From Hamiltosporidium tvaerminnensis FI-OER-3-3 (taxonomy: Eukaryota > Fungi > Microsporidia): 64,000 nucleotides of DNA. The notes below the pieces were generated by a model. The model was not told the origin of the DNA. It did not search any database and was given only the letters and a program-made list of their open reading frames with translations. The position numbers and the translations under genes are program-made. Position 1 is the stretch's first letter. Every line of letters starts with the position of its first letter. The stretch covers positions 434,001-498,000 of the forward strand of contig CM061250.1 of the NCBI GenBank assembly GCA_022605425.2, read 5' to 3'. Shown here one piece after another: positions 52,500 to 64,000 of the stretch.

Positions 52500-53873
52500 T
52501 TAAAACATATCAAATGTTTCATTTTCTAAATTACTTTGTATATTTAAATCATTTGCATTTTTTAAATCTTCATTTTTTAGAGTTTCTTCATTTGTGGGAG
52601 TATTTGAGGTATTTCTAGTATTAAAATATTCAATATTATTTTCTGTGGTAATATCGTACGGATACGAAACTAAATTTTTATTATTAAATTCCATTTCTTG
52701 TTTTTTTCTGATTTTGAAATAATTATTTGGTATTTTTTGTATAAAATGTGGCATTGTGTTTTCATTGAGAGTATTTTTATGACTCATATCTATATATGGA
52801 TTATAAAATCTAGAGATTGGATCTGAAAAAGGTGAATTTTTAAAATATTTGTAATTCGAGGCATTATACGGTATTGTAGTAGATCTATTATTGTATGGAT
52901 ACGAAGGAACCGGTATATTTCCATGTTGCATTTCATTTTGCTGATTGGGAGAAAAAGATATATTTTTTTTAAAATGTTCATTTTGTCTTAGATGTGGAGA
53001 TGGTTGGTAATAATTAGAAGATGGAATTTCTTTTGGTATTCCATGTTCTCTAAAATAGCTTTTATATACGTTTTTATAATTTTTTGAGTCAAAATTATCG
53101 TTAATTAAATTATTAGAATTTAATTTTTGCGTAAATGGATTTTTTAATTTATCAAATATCTTCTGATCGCACATTTTACAAATCTTTTCGTTTTTTTCTG
53201 AAAGAGGTTCTAAAGAACTAGAAACATAATTTTTATTTATAGAATTATTATTTCCAATATTTAAATCTGAACATTTAATTTCATTTAAAGTATTTAAAGA
53301 ATTATTTTTGGATTCTTCTGAATTTAAAAAAGAATTTTCATTTATCTTTTCGTTAAAACTCGCATCTTGTTTTCCAAAATCGAACAGTTCTGGCATATTA
53401 ATTGAAGAAACATTGGAATTTGAAATATTTTCTTGTTCGGTAGAAGCATACTTCAGATTGTTAAACATGTGTTCGTATTGATTGAAAAAAGTAGAAATTT
53501 TTGTTTTGTATTTCTGACAACAAATTCTTTTTTGATCGTCTTCATCGTTTTGATAAGCAACCACGTGATATTTCTTACCAGCTATATTCATATTTAAAGT
53601 CTTTTTTAATAGCTTTCCACCTTTTTCTTTGTAAAAAATAAAACAACCTCTCAACCGAGATGGATGCCATGCACGTCCATCGGTCCATCGAAAAATATTA
53701 CTTTCAGATTCTTCGTATACAAAAATACTTCCACATCTTATAGATGCTCGTTCATATGAGCTTAATCTTCTAATAATACGTCCTAAATGTCCATATTGAC
53801 ACAATAATATTAACTTTTGGCAATCTGATTGAGTATGCAAGCAACCATAAAAAGTTTCAATCGTAGAATTCAT
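52500..53873 (-). CDS. Gti1/Pac2 (WOPR) family transcription factor
   Basis: TFYG...RRL..ER..IRCGSIFVYEE...RWTDGRAWHPSR..F..Y.E...LLKKT...YHVVAY; N-rich low-complexity C-terminus; AAACCCTTCACATCC before ATG. Confidence 0.92.
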   Translation of the reverse strand: MNSTIETFYGCLHTQSDCQKLILLCQYGHLGRIIRRLSSYERASIRCGSIFVYEESESNIFRWTDGRAWHPSRLRGCFIFYKEKGGKLLKKTLNMNIAGKKYHVVAYQNDEDDQKRICCQKYKTKISTFFNQYEHMFNNLKYASTEQENISNSNVSSINMPELFDFGKQDASFNEKINENSFLNSEESKNNSLNTLNEIKCSDLNIGNNNSINKNYVSSSLEPLSEKNEKICKMCDQKIFDKLKNPFTQKLNSNNLINDNFDSKNYKNVYKSYFREHGIPKEIPSSNYYQPSPHLRQNEHFKKNISFSPNQQNEMQHGNIPVPSYPYNNRSTTIPYNASNYKYFKNSPFSDPISRFYNPYIDMSHKNTLNENTMPHFIQKIPNNYFKIRKKQEMEFNNKNLVSYPYDITTENNIEYFNTRNTSNTPTNEETLKNEDLKNANDLNIQSNLENETFDMF

Positions 53874-54754
53874 GGATGTGAAGGGTTTACACTATTTATT
53901 TAAGATTTCATAATAATTACAAAATAGGAAAATTATTTTGATAAAAAGATATGATGGTTTAAAAAATGTTAAAGGTATAAATAAAATTAATTAAATGTAA
54001 AATAATCAGACTTAAGAAAAAATCAAGTAATTTTTTATTGATTTTAACTTATTTTAAGTTTCTTTTATTTAATACTTTATTTATAAATAAAGTTTAACTT
54101 ATTTTTTTGATTTATAAAAAAAGAAATTTTTTTATTTTCTAAAAATAATTTCTAATCAATTAATACATTTTAAAATATTATTTTAAATGTTTAAATTATC
54201 ATTCATTAAATATTTTAAATAATTGGTTAAGAAAGCATATTTTTATCGAGATTTTCTTATTTTGTACGATAAGATTTTGAATAGATTAACTGATATCTTT
54301 GTACTTAATATTTGTCTTGTTTAGATTTTTTTTTATGAGAAAATAAGATTTTTAAAATGTATTTTTAGTGTAAATATGTTGTATATTTGTATATTTTAAG
54401 TGATGGTGTTTTTTTTTGGTGAGAAAATGGTGTATTTAGTGTTTTTATTACGAAAATATAAATATTTACTGCGCTATTGTACAGTCGTAGTGGGGAAACT
54501 TTTTTAACGAAGAGAGAATATATGCAAAAAATTATTCCGTAAAAGTACAAATTATATTAGATTAACGAAAAATAATATTACGTTTTGGGAATATTTCACA
54601 TCAAATTATATTTTTTAATCTGCTTTTTTGGGGAATTTTTGATTTTTTAAAATTTTTTTTTAAAAAAAAATTAAAATTTTAATTTATCAAATATTTAATC
54701 CGGATATTTCTTTTTAAAGAAATTAAATTAATATTTTTGGGAAAAGAAATAAAT

Positions 54755-55050
54755 TTTTAATTCAGAGATAACTTCCATTAGAAATTAAATAAATTATTTT
54801 TGAGAAAAGAAATAAATTTTTGTGACAAAAAGAAATAAATTTAAAAGAAATTTATTATTAATTCAGATATAACTTCTTTGAGAAATTAAATAAATTATTT
54901 TGAAGAAATTAACTAAATTTTATGAAGAAATTTATTATTAATTCAGATATAACTTCTTTGAGAAATTAAATAAATTATTTTGAAGAAATTAACTAAATTT
55001 TATAAAGAAATTTAATTTTCAATTCAGATATATCTGCTTTGAGAAATTAA
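54755..55050. repeat. AT-rich tandem repeat, ~80-bp unit
   Basis: AATTCAGATAT recurs at ~54860, 54940 and 55021 with a variant at 54759. Confidence 0.8.
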
Positions 55051-55899
55051 AAATTTTTTATAATCAAATCCATTATTCTATTTTAAAATTACTTCCATTA
55101 GAAATAAAATAATTGTAAATTAAAAAATCAAATATTTTATTGTTTTTCATACGCTTCAAGAATAAAATATAGTATTTTTATTGTTTAATGATAACTATAT
55201 GTAAAAAATTAAAATTCAATAAATTTAATGTAGATCTAATCTTTAAGAAAGTATTTATTTTACTAAGAAATATATTTAATTTCTTCGAAAATTTTTTTGA
55301 AATGAAAATCTATGAATTTTTTAAATTATGAATATTTAAATTTTATTGTAAGTAAAAGTATTTAATTGAAATGAAAATCTATAAATTTTTTAAATTATGA
55401 AGAAATAATTTAAAATCTATTTCTTTGTAAAATTAAGCAACAGAACAAATTTAACAAACTCATAGATTCAATATTTGAATTATATATTTATATTTAAAAG
55501 AGAATAAGATTGCATATAATCGAATGTCTTGAATTAGATACAATTTATATACTTTTTTATTAAAAAAAATGGGAAATCTGATTTAATATTTCTATATCTC
55601 AAAATGAAATAAGATTTTATTACTAGAATTGTTGAAAATAAAAGATTTTTACATTTATAGCTACATATCCAAAGAGGATGTGATTTAATAGCTTTAGTCT
55701 TAAATATTAACAAAATATAATTAAAATAATATAAGTTTTACTAAAAATAGTAATTTCGTTATTTTATATAAAAAGGAGGAAGATAAAAAAAAACGGGAAA
55801 AAATCTCCTTTTTGCTTTTTTATCTCCGTAAAGATAAAAAACCAATTAAATTTTATTTTTGGAAAAAAACATTCTTTTTAAATAACGAATACCCCCTAA

Positions 55900-56526
55900 A
55901 TGGTAGTAGCAGGTAAAGCACGGGCAATACGATACTTTACAAACAGTCGTAACGGTTTTATGAAGATATTTAATGAGGAATTTTCTGTTTTAAAAAGTTC
56001 ACTAAAGTTAAACAAAATTGATTTTTCAAATTATAGACCAAGAATAGCAGTAACGATTATATATTCATTGCTGCAGACAACCTTGGTTTCTATTATTGGA
56101 CTAGTAGTTAGCCTTTTAAAAAGCAAAACAGACTTTAATTTTGTATTCTATCCGGTTTCTTTTGGATGTATTTTGATTTATTCGTATGGAGCTGGATATT
56201 TTTATAAAGCGTGTTTTGACAAAAGAGATAGCTATACTTTCTCTATGCATGTATATATATGCATGTATTCTATTTCATATCTACCTGTGTTTTGTATTCT
56301 ACAATCTATACATAGAGTTTTGTCTTGGATATTCTTTTTGGCATTTTGGATTTTATCTGAATATGCTTTATGTCTCAATTACAGAGATATGATTTTGGGT
56401 TCTGATGATCCGCAAAGAACCAATTTCCTGTTAAATATATCTGCACTTGTGACACAGGGTATATTTTTAGCGGCATATTCTATTCTTTTAAGATATTTCT
56501 TTACGTGTTTTCTGGTGAGATTTTAA
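55900..56526 (+). CDS. Multi-pass membrane protein, possibly Yip1-like
   Basis: About 5 hydrophobic segments and a ..YICMYSISYLP motif reminiscent of Yip1 domains; ACCCCTAA-ATG start; family assignment tentative. Confidence 0.7.
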   Translation: MVVAGKARAIRYFTNSRNGFMKIFNEEFSVLKSSLKLNKIDFSNYRPRIAVTIIYSLLQTTLVSIIGLVVSLLKSKTDFNFVFYPVSFGCILIYSYGAGYFYKACFDKRDSYTFSMHVYICMYSISYLPVFCILQSIHRVLSWIFFLAFWILSEYALCLNYRDMILGSDDPQRTNFLLNISALVTQGIFLAAYSILLRYFFTCFLVRF

Positions 56527-59500
56527 TAAAGTTACGATTTTGCATTTTAATCTTTTTAAAGCATACTAAATTCTTTAATGATTCTATGTTTTTCTTTGTG
56601 ACTTGAAAAATAGAAAATTTTTAATAGTAGATCATATGTTACATCTATAACGTAATATAGCAGCTTTTTATTTTATAATTTATATTCTTAAAAAACGTTT
56701 TTTTGTAGAAAACTAAGTGCAAAAAAAAATATTGTCAATTTTCTTGATTAAGTATTAAAAACTTTGGTTTTAATTAAAATTAGTTAAAATTTCAATCCGA
56801 GCCCGATGACTCAAGTTTGAAATTGTTTAGACATATTCTATTCTTCTAATCAAGGTTGAAAGTTCTATATTGGAACAGATCAATATTATATACTTTCCAT
56901 GACATCTTCGAACAACATGACAACGTAACTAAAAGCATGAGGTATATTCGATAAATGCACTAATTACGTATAAAAAACCCAAATCTTACATATTTTAATG
57001 TCAGAAAATTTATTTTAAAATTAAAAATTTGATTCTGCTACTATATTTGAGAAAATACTGCATTGTTTTTACCTAAAAATGTTAAAATATTTCTTTGCAC
57101 ATGATTAATTCATTTAATCTAGGTTTTTCTTAGGTATAAGTATTGTATTTTATAGCTGATCATTTATTTATAATTTTATACAATTCTTTAATATTTTGGA
57201 AGAAATTTCACATAAATATTGGTATTTAGAAATATATTTACCAGTAGTATGTGTAACATTTAATTGCAAAATAAACTTATCTAAGTTCTTGTAATTTATA
57301 ATCATGGCTAAGTCAAACACAGTCTTTAGGATTAAAACATTTTTACTGATACTAAAAAGACAAAATTATTAGATTATTTTGAGATATTATTAAAAAAAAT
57401 ATGGCAAATTCATTTTCGAGCATTTTATCCCTAGAAACTAAATCGAAAATTGTACAACAAGTTTATTTCAATAAAACTATAATAATATAGTTTAAATCCG
57501 CGCACAAGATATTTTATTCTTGAACGATCCGAAGAAAGACCAGTTTTTTTTAGATCGATATAACATACTTTCGTTTGAATTTTGAATTCAATTTTTTTAT
57601 ATTATTTGCCATATTCTAATTGGTCTTTGTGTGAATTCAAAACAAATTTTTAAAATTGTTTTACTAATTTCTGCACCAATATTTCCAAAATATTTAAACA
57701 ATCTCCGTATAAAAATATTAATTACTATCCACGCCAAATGGTAACGGGAAATGAAATTTAAAACTGAAATTGTATGCGAAAAAATTGGAGCTTAAGTCAT
57801 AATGCAATGTTCGGATCAAAATCATACATTTAAAAAAAATAGCGATGGACACTTTAATTTGGTTTGATTCATCCACCATTTTTTAAATTGAATTGCATAG
57901 TGAATCACAAATGCTCTCTTAGATAAACCTCCGATCGATTTTATTTGCTATATTTCGATCGAAAATAAACCTATTGTAAATTTAAGATCGAGATAAGATG
58001 GTTTTCTAAACAAAAATCAATTTGCGATTCTTGTGATTTTGATGCATTAGAAGAAAAATGAAAAGTGGCAAAAAAAGGCAGTTAATTTGCCTTATAAACA
58101 TTTTAGTATACCAGAAAAATCATGAAGAGGATTCCTAAATGTTAATTTTTATTTCATTGTCAAGATAGGGATTTAGTGATAATTATTATTTGAAATATCA
58201 ATTCCAGAATGTAAATTTAAGATTTCCATGTGTTTAAACGGATTTAAGACATTTATTATACCATAAGAAATATCATGATTCAATCTCACATCATTAAAGT
58301 CCTAAAAACTACATTAATCCAACTTTAAAAAATGAAAGTCTACTAAACGAGTTTTAGGCCCCATCGATCATTTCATACACAAAAAAAGGAAAAATCAAAG
58401 ATTATTTTGCTTGAAGATTAGAAAGGTATTGTTATCTCATGAACAGAGTGATTTATTATCACATTAATGAAATTGGTTTTATTTACGAAAATTCCATGAA
58501 TCATATAATATAGTTTTTGGAAAAGTTTATTCTATTAAGCAGACAATCCATTAGATTTATATCAAAAGTTATGATTGTTATTATTTGCTCCCTTATAGAT
58601 AGATCTACAACAAAAATGACTTTTGATATAAATCGGCAAATAGTGCTTTTTACGGAAACAGCTGTACAATGAAACAGAAATATCGAACAAAAGAAACACA
58701 CGCTACAAATCCTAAAGAATTTGTTAAAAATACAAATATAAATTTTTTAGTGGCAAACATACTTCCTACAATTCAAAAAAAAAAACAGTTAGAACGAACA
58801 AAATATTACCATATTTTTAATAAACAAAAATACGCAAAATAATATCACAAAGACATGATTATTCCTACTAAAATAAAAAGGATTTCTTGATGAATAGAAA
58901 ATACACATAAAATCTCTCTTCTAAAAAACTTCGACTTTGATGTATCAGTACTCTAGTTTTCAAGCAAATACAGTCATTAAGCGAGAAGTCTCGGTCGGTA
59001 ATACGATAGTTTTTGGAAGCAGTACATACAACACTCTTTAATTAGCTAAAAGACTAAAAAATAATTTCGTCAATTCACCAAGCGATGATTCACAATGTAA
59101 AAACCAAAATCTACCAAATTTAAATACATTTATGTGAAAGCATTTTTTAGCCAATATATCTTAAATATAAGTATAAAATACACTAAATAACATATAAAAG
59201 AGACTTAGAAATCACCAAAAAGTCAAAATATTTCTTATTATGTGTAATATTTTAATTATTTTATTTTTTACAAATACATGCCGCTTTTCATATTTAGTTT
59301 GTTGTGTGATTGTTATTTTTAGACAAATTTATTTACCAACTTAAATTTAATTATGAAACTGATATAGTAATTGAGATTAAAAAATCATTCTTAAAATAAT
59401 TAAGAAAAATCTATTCGTTACAAATATTTCTTCTTAAATAGATGTATTTGAAACTAATAAAACAAATATTCCAATTTCGTAATTACTATTTGTCTTTTCG

Positions 59501-60614
59501 TGTAATATTTTAACGACTCATGTAAAAAAGCCATTTCTTATTCCCTTATATAGGTTACAGAGTGATTAAGAGATTATCTTTAATTAAAATTGATTGAAAT
59601 ATATTTATGGTAATCTTCTTTTTAAATAAGAAGTATTGGAATATATTTACCAAGAACAATCAATTGTCTATTTTTTTGTTTTTTCACTGCTTCAATAATT
59701 TCTACCAATATCTGAGGTAGTATCACTTAATATAAGCCAAAATCCATGAGTCTCATCTAAAAGATATTTGTACAAATCAAATCAACATATGTATTTTAAA
59801 AGTTTGAAAATCGGTTAATTGTTGTTCGTACTGCAATATATAGCTCCAGAGGCAGATGATATAAGCTAAAAATACTTTACATTTTATATTTTTATGGCTA
59901 CGAATTAAGATTTATAGGAAAATAGTAATTCGTTTAAGTATATGTAACAAAATTTCTGGGTTCTAAAAGCTCATAAGTTACCTTTAAAGAAAGTACTTCA
60001 CTAATAGAGGCTGTTTTCTTCCGCTATAAAAACCTAAAATCATTGATATTTCTAATCTCTAAATTATTGATAGCTTAGATTTTTAAAATAATACATTATA
60101 AATTATAAAAATAGTCATTAAAGTTAGAATTGATTCATTCTATTCTAGAAACTAACAAATTTTAAAATTAGCTATTTATATTGTAAGAATAAGTATCTCC
60201 ACATTCATTGTGTTTGACAAAATGATATAAAATATATTTTCCAATTAGTAAATCGAAAAAAACCCGTTTTTTTGGTTCTGTAAATAAATTTGAAAGTTTT
60301 ATTAAATTTCATACTAGTAATATAATTATTAAAATGATTAAAATTGATATGATGTGGTTGGATTCTTGTTCAAAATAAAAGAATATATGTGGAATTACTG
60401 CTCAGCATAGTTTAATTGATCAAATACCGGAATTATAGAATTTCTTACTTTAATTTAGTAGGTAGCCTTGGTAAAATGCAAATTATTACCTCAAATTATC
60501 TATTTATTTAAAAAAGATTGTAGAAAAGAATTGGATTATAATGATGAGTGTTTAAATTATACACATTTGAAATCGATCTTAAAAAAAATCTATAAAAGAA
60601 GAAAAAATGTAAAA

Positions 60615-60686
60615 TGGAAAGACGGGGAATTGAACCCCGGACCTTCTGCATGCAAAGCAGACGTCATACCACTAGACCATCCTCCC
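60615..60686 (-). tRNA. tRNA-Ala (UGC)
   Basis: rc GGGAGGATGGTCTAGTGGTATGACGTCTGCTTTGCATGCAGAAGGTCCGGGGTTCAATTCCCCGTCTTTCCA folds as a cloverleaf; anticodon TGC; G3:U70 Ala identity pair. Confidence 0.97.
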
Positions 60687-60758
60687 TTATTACGTTTAAT
60701 TTTTTACATTATTAATTCATAATAAATACATATATATACCTGTTTAATTCAACCCTAG

Positions 60759-61088
60759 ATGTCAAGAGAATTCACCACCAAAGAAAAACAAATTTATACA
60801 CTTCTTCAATCTAAATTAGTATTAGAAGAAGCAAAAAACACAGAAAAATTCTTTTTGGATCAAAATGAAACTAAATTTTCAATAAAATCTCCAAAAATAT
60901 ATTCTGTTCCGGACACTGATACGTTTATAGTTTTTGGAGATTTGAAACCTATAATTGATTTGGAGCGTCTTCGACAAGCACTTTCTAAACTTGGAATTGA
61001 TCAGAAGATTATTGATGATACGTTTGATAAAGTCAAAAGTGGTGATATGGACCTTGATTCTCTCAAAAATAATGACAGTAGCGAATAA
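60759..61088 (+). CDS. EGD2: Nascent polypeptide-associated complex alpha-like subunit
   Basis: KEK...LQSKL.L, FSIKSPKIYSVPDTDTFIVFGD matches the NAC-alpha F.I..PDVYK..SDTYIVFGE motif; AAACCCTAG-ATG. Confidence 0.75.
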   Translation: MSREFTTKEKQIYTLLQSKLVLEEAKNTEKFFLDQNETKFSIKSPKIYSVPDTDTFIVFGDLKPIIDLERLRQALSKLGIDQKIIDDTFDKVKSGDMDLDSLKNNDSSE

Positions 61089-64000
61089 AATTATATTTTT
61101 TTAATATTAAATATTATATCTTCTTACCTTTATTTGGTATTTATTTTAGCTGAAATTATGTTTTTTCTGATTTTCTAGAGCCGTAATACGTGTGTATTTA
61201 TTTCGAATATAATTGAGAAGAAGTCTGTATTGTGTTAGGTTATATGGTAGACTTAAGATATTACAACTTAAATTGTCAATAAAATGATAATTAAATTTGA
61301 TCTAGAAAACAGTAATTTAGATTAAGAATAATTATAAATAAACTTATTTTTATTAAAGGGTGACTCTGAGCTAAACATAGAGAGAAGACTAGAGACCAAT
61401 GCTGAGGAATCCGAACTATCATAATTATCAAATTTAATATCAAAAAATAAAATAAAAAATACTTCGAAGGGTGTATATAATGCGAGAAGTATAGGCTAAA
61501 AAAATTGGTCTTTTAAAGGCGAACGAGAAGGGAAATAAAACTTTCTCATGAAAGATTTTTCTGAATTTTTTATTAAATAAATTATATCTGTATAACAGTA
61601 TGAAGTGGCTAAGTTATTTAAACTCGATAATTCGGTTAAAGGTTGTGTTACTCACAGTTATTATTGGTGCATATAGAAGCAGACCTGCTAATTAAACAAG
61701 AGTTCGGACCACCTTTGCTATTTTCAAAAAATGTTAATTCAACTTCTCAACTGTGGAGAAACATTTTAATAAAGAAATTGTAGATTAAAATTGCTGTAAA
61801 AGTAGTGAAACGTAGATTTAGAACCGCAAAATAGATTGGAAAAAAAAATGAAAAAATACTTTCCGGTTATAGGAACAGTATTCAAATATTTGTATTATAT
61901 TGTTTAATTCAAGGATTTGAAGGATTTGGATTGATTTTTCGGTAATTTAAACTTCATTTATGAATATAGTGTAGAAATTTAGAGAGAGATAGGTTGTGTT
62001 GAAACCATTCGCAAATAAACACAAATTTGATGTTAAATTTTTTTTTAACGTAAGATTTAGATGCAGATATATATTCATATATACTTAAAAAGGCAGTCTA
62101 AATCTTTTTTTTTCGTTTTTGAAACGGAGATACACAAGAGAACTACCATTTTTTTCGAAAAAATATATCACTGTATATTATGGAACAATCTAAGGAATGT
62201 ACTAAAACTCATGTTAACTATATCTGTATTACAAAAGAATATGAGGAAACATAAAAAAGATGCCAAATATAATGGTTTAATTTTGGATGATACTACAACT
62301 TATAAAAATCTTAACGAAAATTGAAAATTCGCGTCAATATAAAAGAAGTTAATAAAATAGTCAAAAGTATTTGATTAAAAAAGAAATTACGAATAATATG
62401 GCAGGTAAATATATAATTTATATTTCTTGTAAATCGATTAAACCAAAAACAAAATATAATTGCTAAATTGACACAGTCTGTCAACGATATAACGAAATAA
62501 ATTTGTATCTAATTAATCTAGAAAAAGGCATATTCTTACAAAATTCTAAGAATTTTTATTCTTCAGTTCATATCAAGAAAAATGTATTAAGACATCTGAA
62601 ATCAGATTATCAAAAGACACGAGATAAAAAATTCTAACTTTTAATTGTCTCTTGGTCAGTAATCATGGAGCAGTGTAGTAATCAGAAAAACCCATGATAA
62701 AGATGTTCGTCTCGCACAATCTAGGCGGATTTTAATGAACACAAATAATATCATATCTTTTTAGTTAAAAAAATGAGTAAGCGAAGAAATAAAATTCAAA
62801 ATTTTCCAAATATTGATAATAGTTGTAGACTGTAAATAAAATAGGCGAGAAGCAGAAATTTACAAATTTCTAATGACAGGTTTCTTCAAAATGTTCGTCG
62901 GGTAAAGAATACACTAACAGTGATCGCTTAGATACTAATTGAGATAGATGCTAAATCTCAAAGTTTATTTGTGTTCTCTGGTAATAAAAATAAGATGTTT
63001 ATTTTTAAATAATACAATGGCTAAAAAGTACATTTTTGCGTGTAAAAATGATAAAATAAACACCTTGTCGTATAAAAATAATATATTGAATATAAAAAAT
63101 TCTCAAATTTTTGGGTCTGAAAATATTTTTATAACTAAAAATGTATAGATTTATTAGATGTTTTTGATTTGGTTTTTTTTACTTGAATTCGGAATTCGTA
63201 GCAAATAAACTTTTGTTTCGTAAAAACCAACTTTTTTTCACAAAGTAAATTTTCACATTGAAGAATTTTTTATTTCGATTGTTTTTTTATAAGTAACCCG
63301 AGTCTAATTATAAATACGCATTTGCGAAATATTTGAATTTATTCTTACAAAAAACATATAAATTGAAAATTATATCAATTCCAGGATATTGTAAGGCTGT
63401 TTCTAAATGTGAAATTTTCAATATATAGAAATTCAGTTCCAAGAATTTTAAATATATTTATTTATTAATTATAGAATGGTAAGAGGTAAAAATCAGCTAG
63501 GATAAAAAAATTATCAGATAAAACGAAGTGTTATTCAATCTTATTGAATATATAAAAGAGATCGTATATTTATTTTTGGAAATAATTTTATTCTACTTTT
63601 AAAACATTGAAATTAATATCTACAAATTCTGAATACTATAATTATATATTTGAATCTCTAAAATGTATTGTATAATTTATAAAATGATGCAGCAAAAAAT
63701 TTTAATACGATTTGAGAAATAAGGCATGTTTCTGTATAATAATTGCTGTAGTTTCGTTTTACTTCTGTAAATTATATGGTATATATTTTGCAGCAGCACT
63801 TACTCTTTAAATTTCATCAAATGAAACAGGAAATAATAATAAAATTATTTTAAGTCAATTTATACATTAAGATGACAAATATAATAAGCATATAAACTGC
63901 GAGATATATTCTGACATGGAAAATTAGATAATACAATGTTTCAAAGCTATAATTTATGTCAGGAAATAATTACTAAAGCTGATCTAATACAGAAAAAAAA

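Noticed and set aside
57700-58700. Possible Merlin/IS1595-like and Tc1 transposase traces (e.g. CIVNHK)
   Set aside because: Only isolated short motifs; too decayed to support without a translated search

Overview
Very AT-rich, gene-sparse eukaryotic DNA with no introns apparent. CCC-like motifs sit just upstream of most start codons and the housekeeping proteins are reduced and divergent, so this is most likely a large-genome microsporidian (Hamiltosporidium-like; inference). Recognisable genes: DHH exopolyphosphatase (PPX1), Imp4/Brix, Derlin, a Gti1/Pac2 (WOPR) transcription factor, a NAC-alpha-like protein and tRNA-Ala(UGC). There are also several lineage-specific secreted or membrane proteins, including an intact gene with a frameshifted paralogue and an ORF open at the left edge that the ORF track missed. 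Intergenic DNA is full of mobile-element debris (hAT, piggyBac-like, integrase, RTE LINE) plus a complete but frameshifted plant/oomycete-type DD39D mariner. The most striking feature is a ~725-bp non-coding, structured, SINE-like retroelement. It is present as 5 full-length and 2 decayed copies, three with 12-13-bp target-site duplications. A second family shares its ~110-bp 5' head, and a separate 235-bp internally deleted RTE-like element has its own 13-bp TSD.
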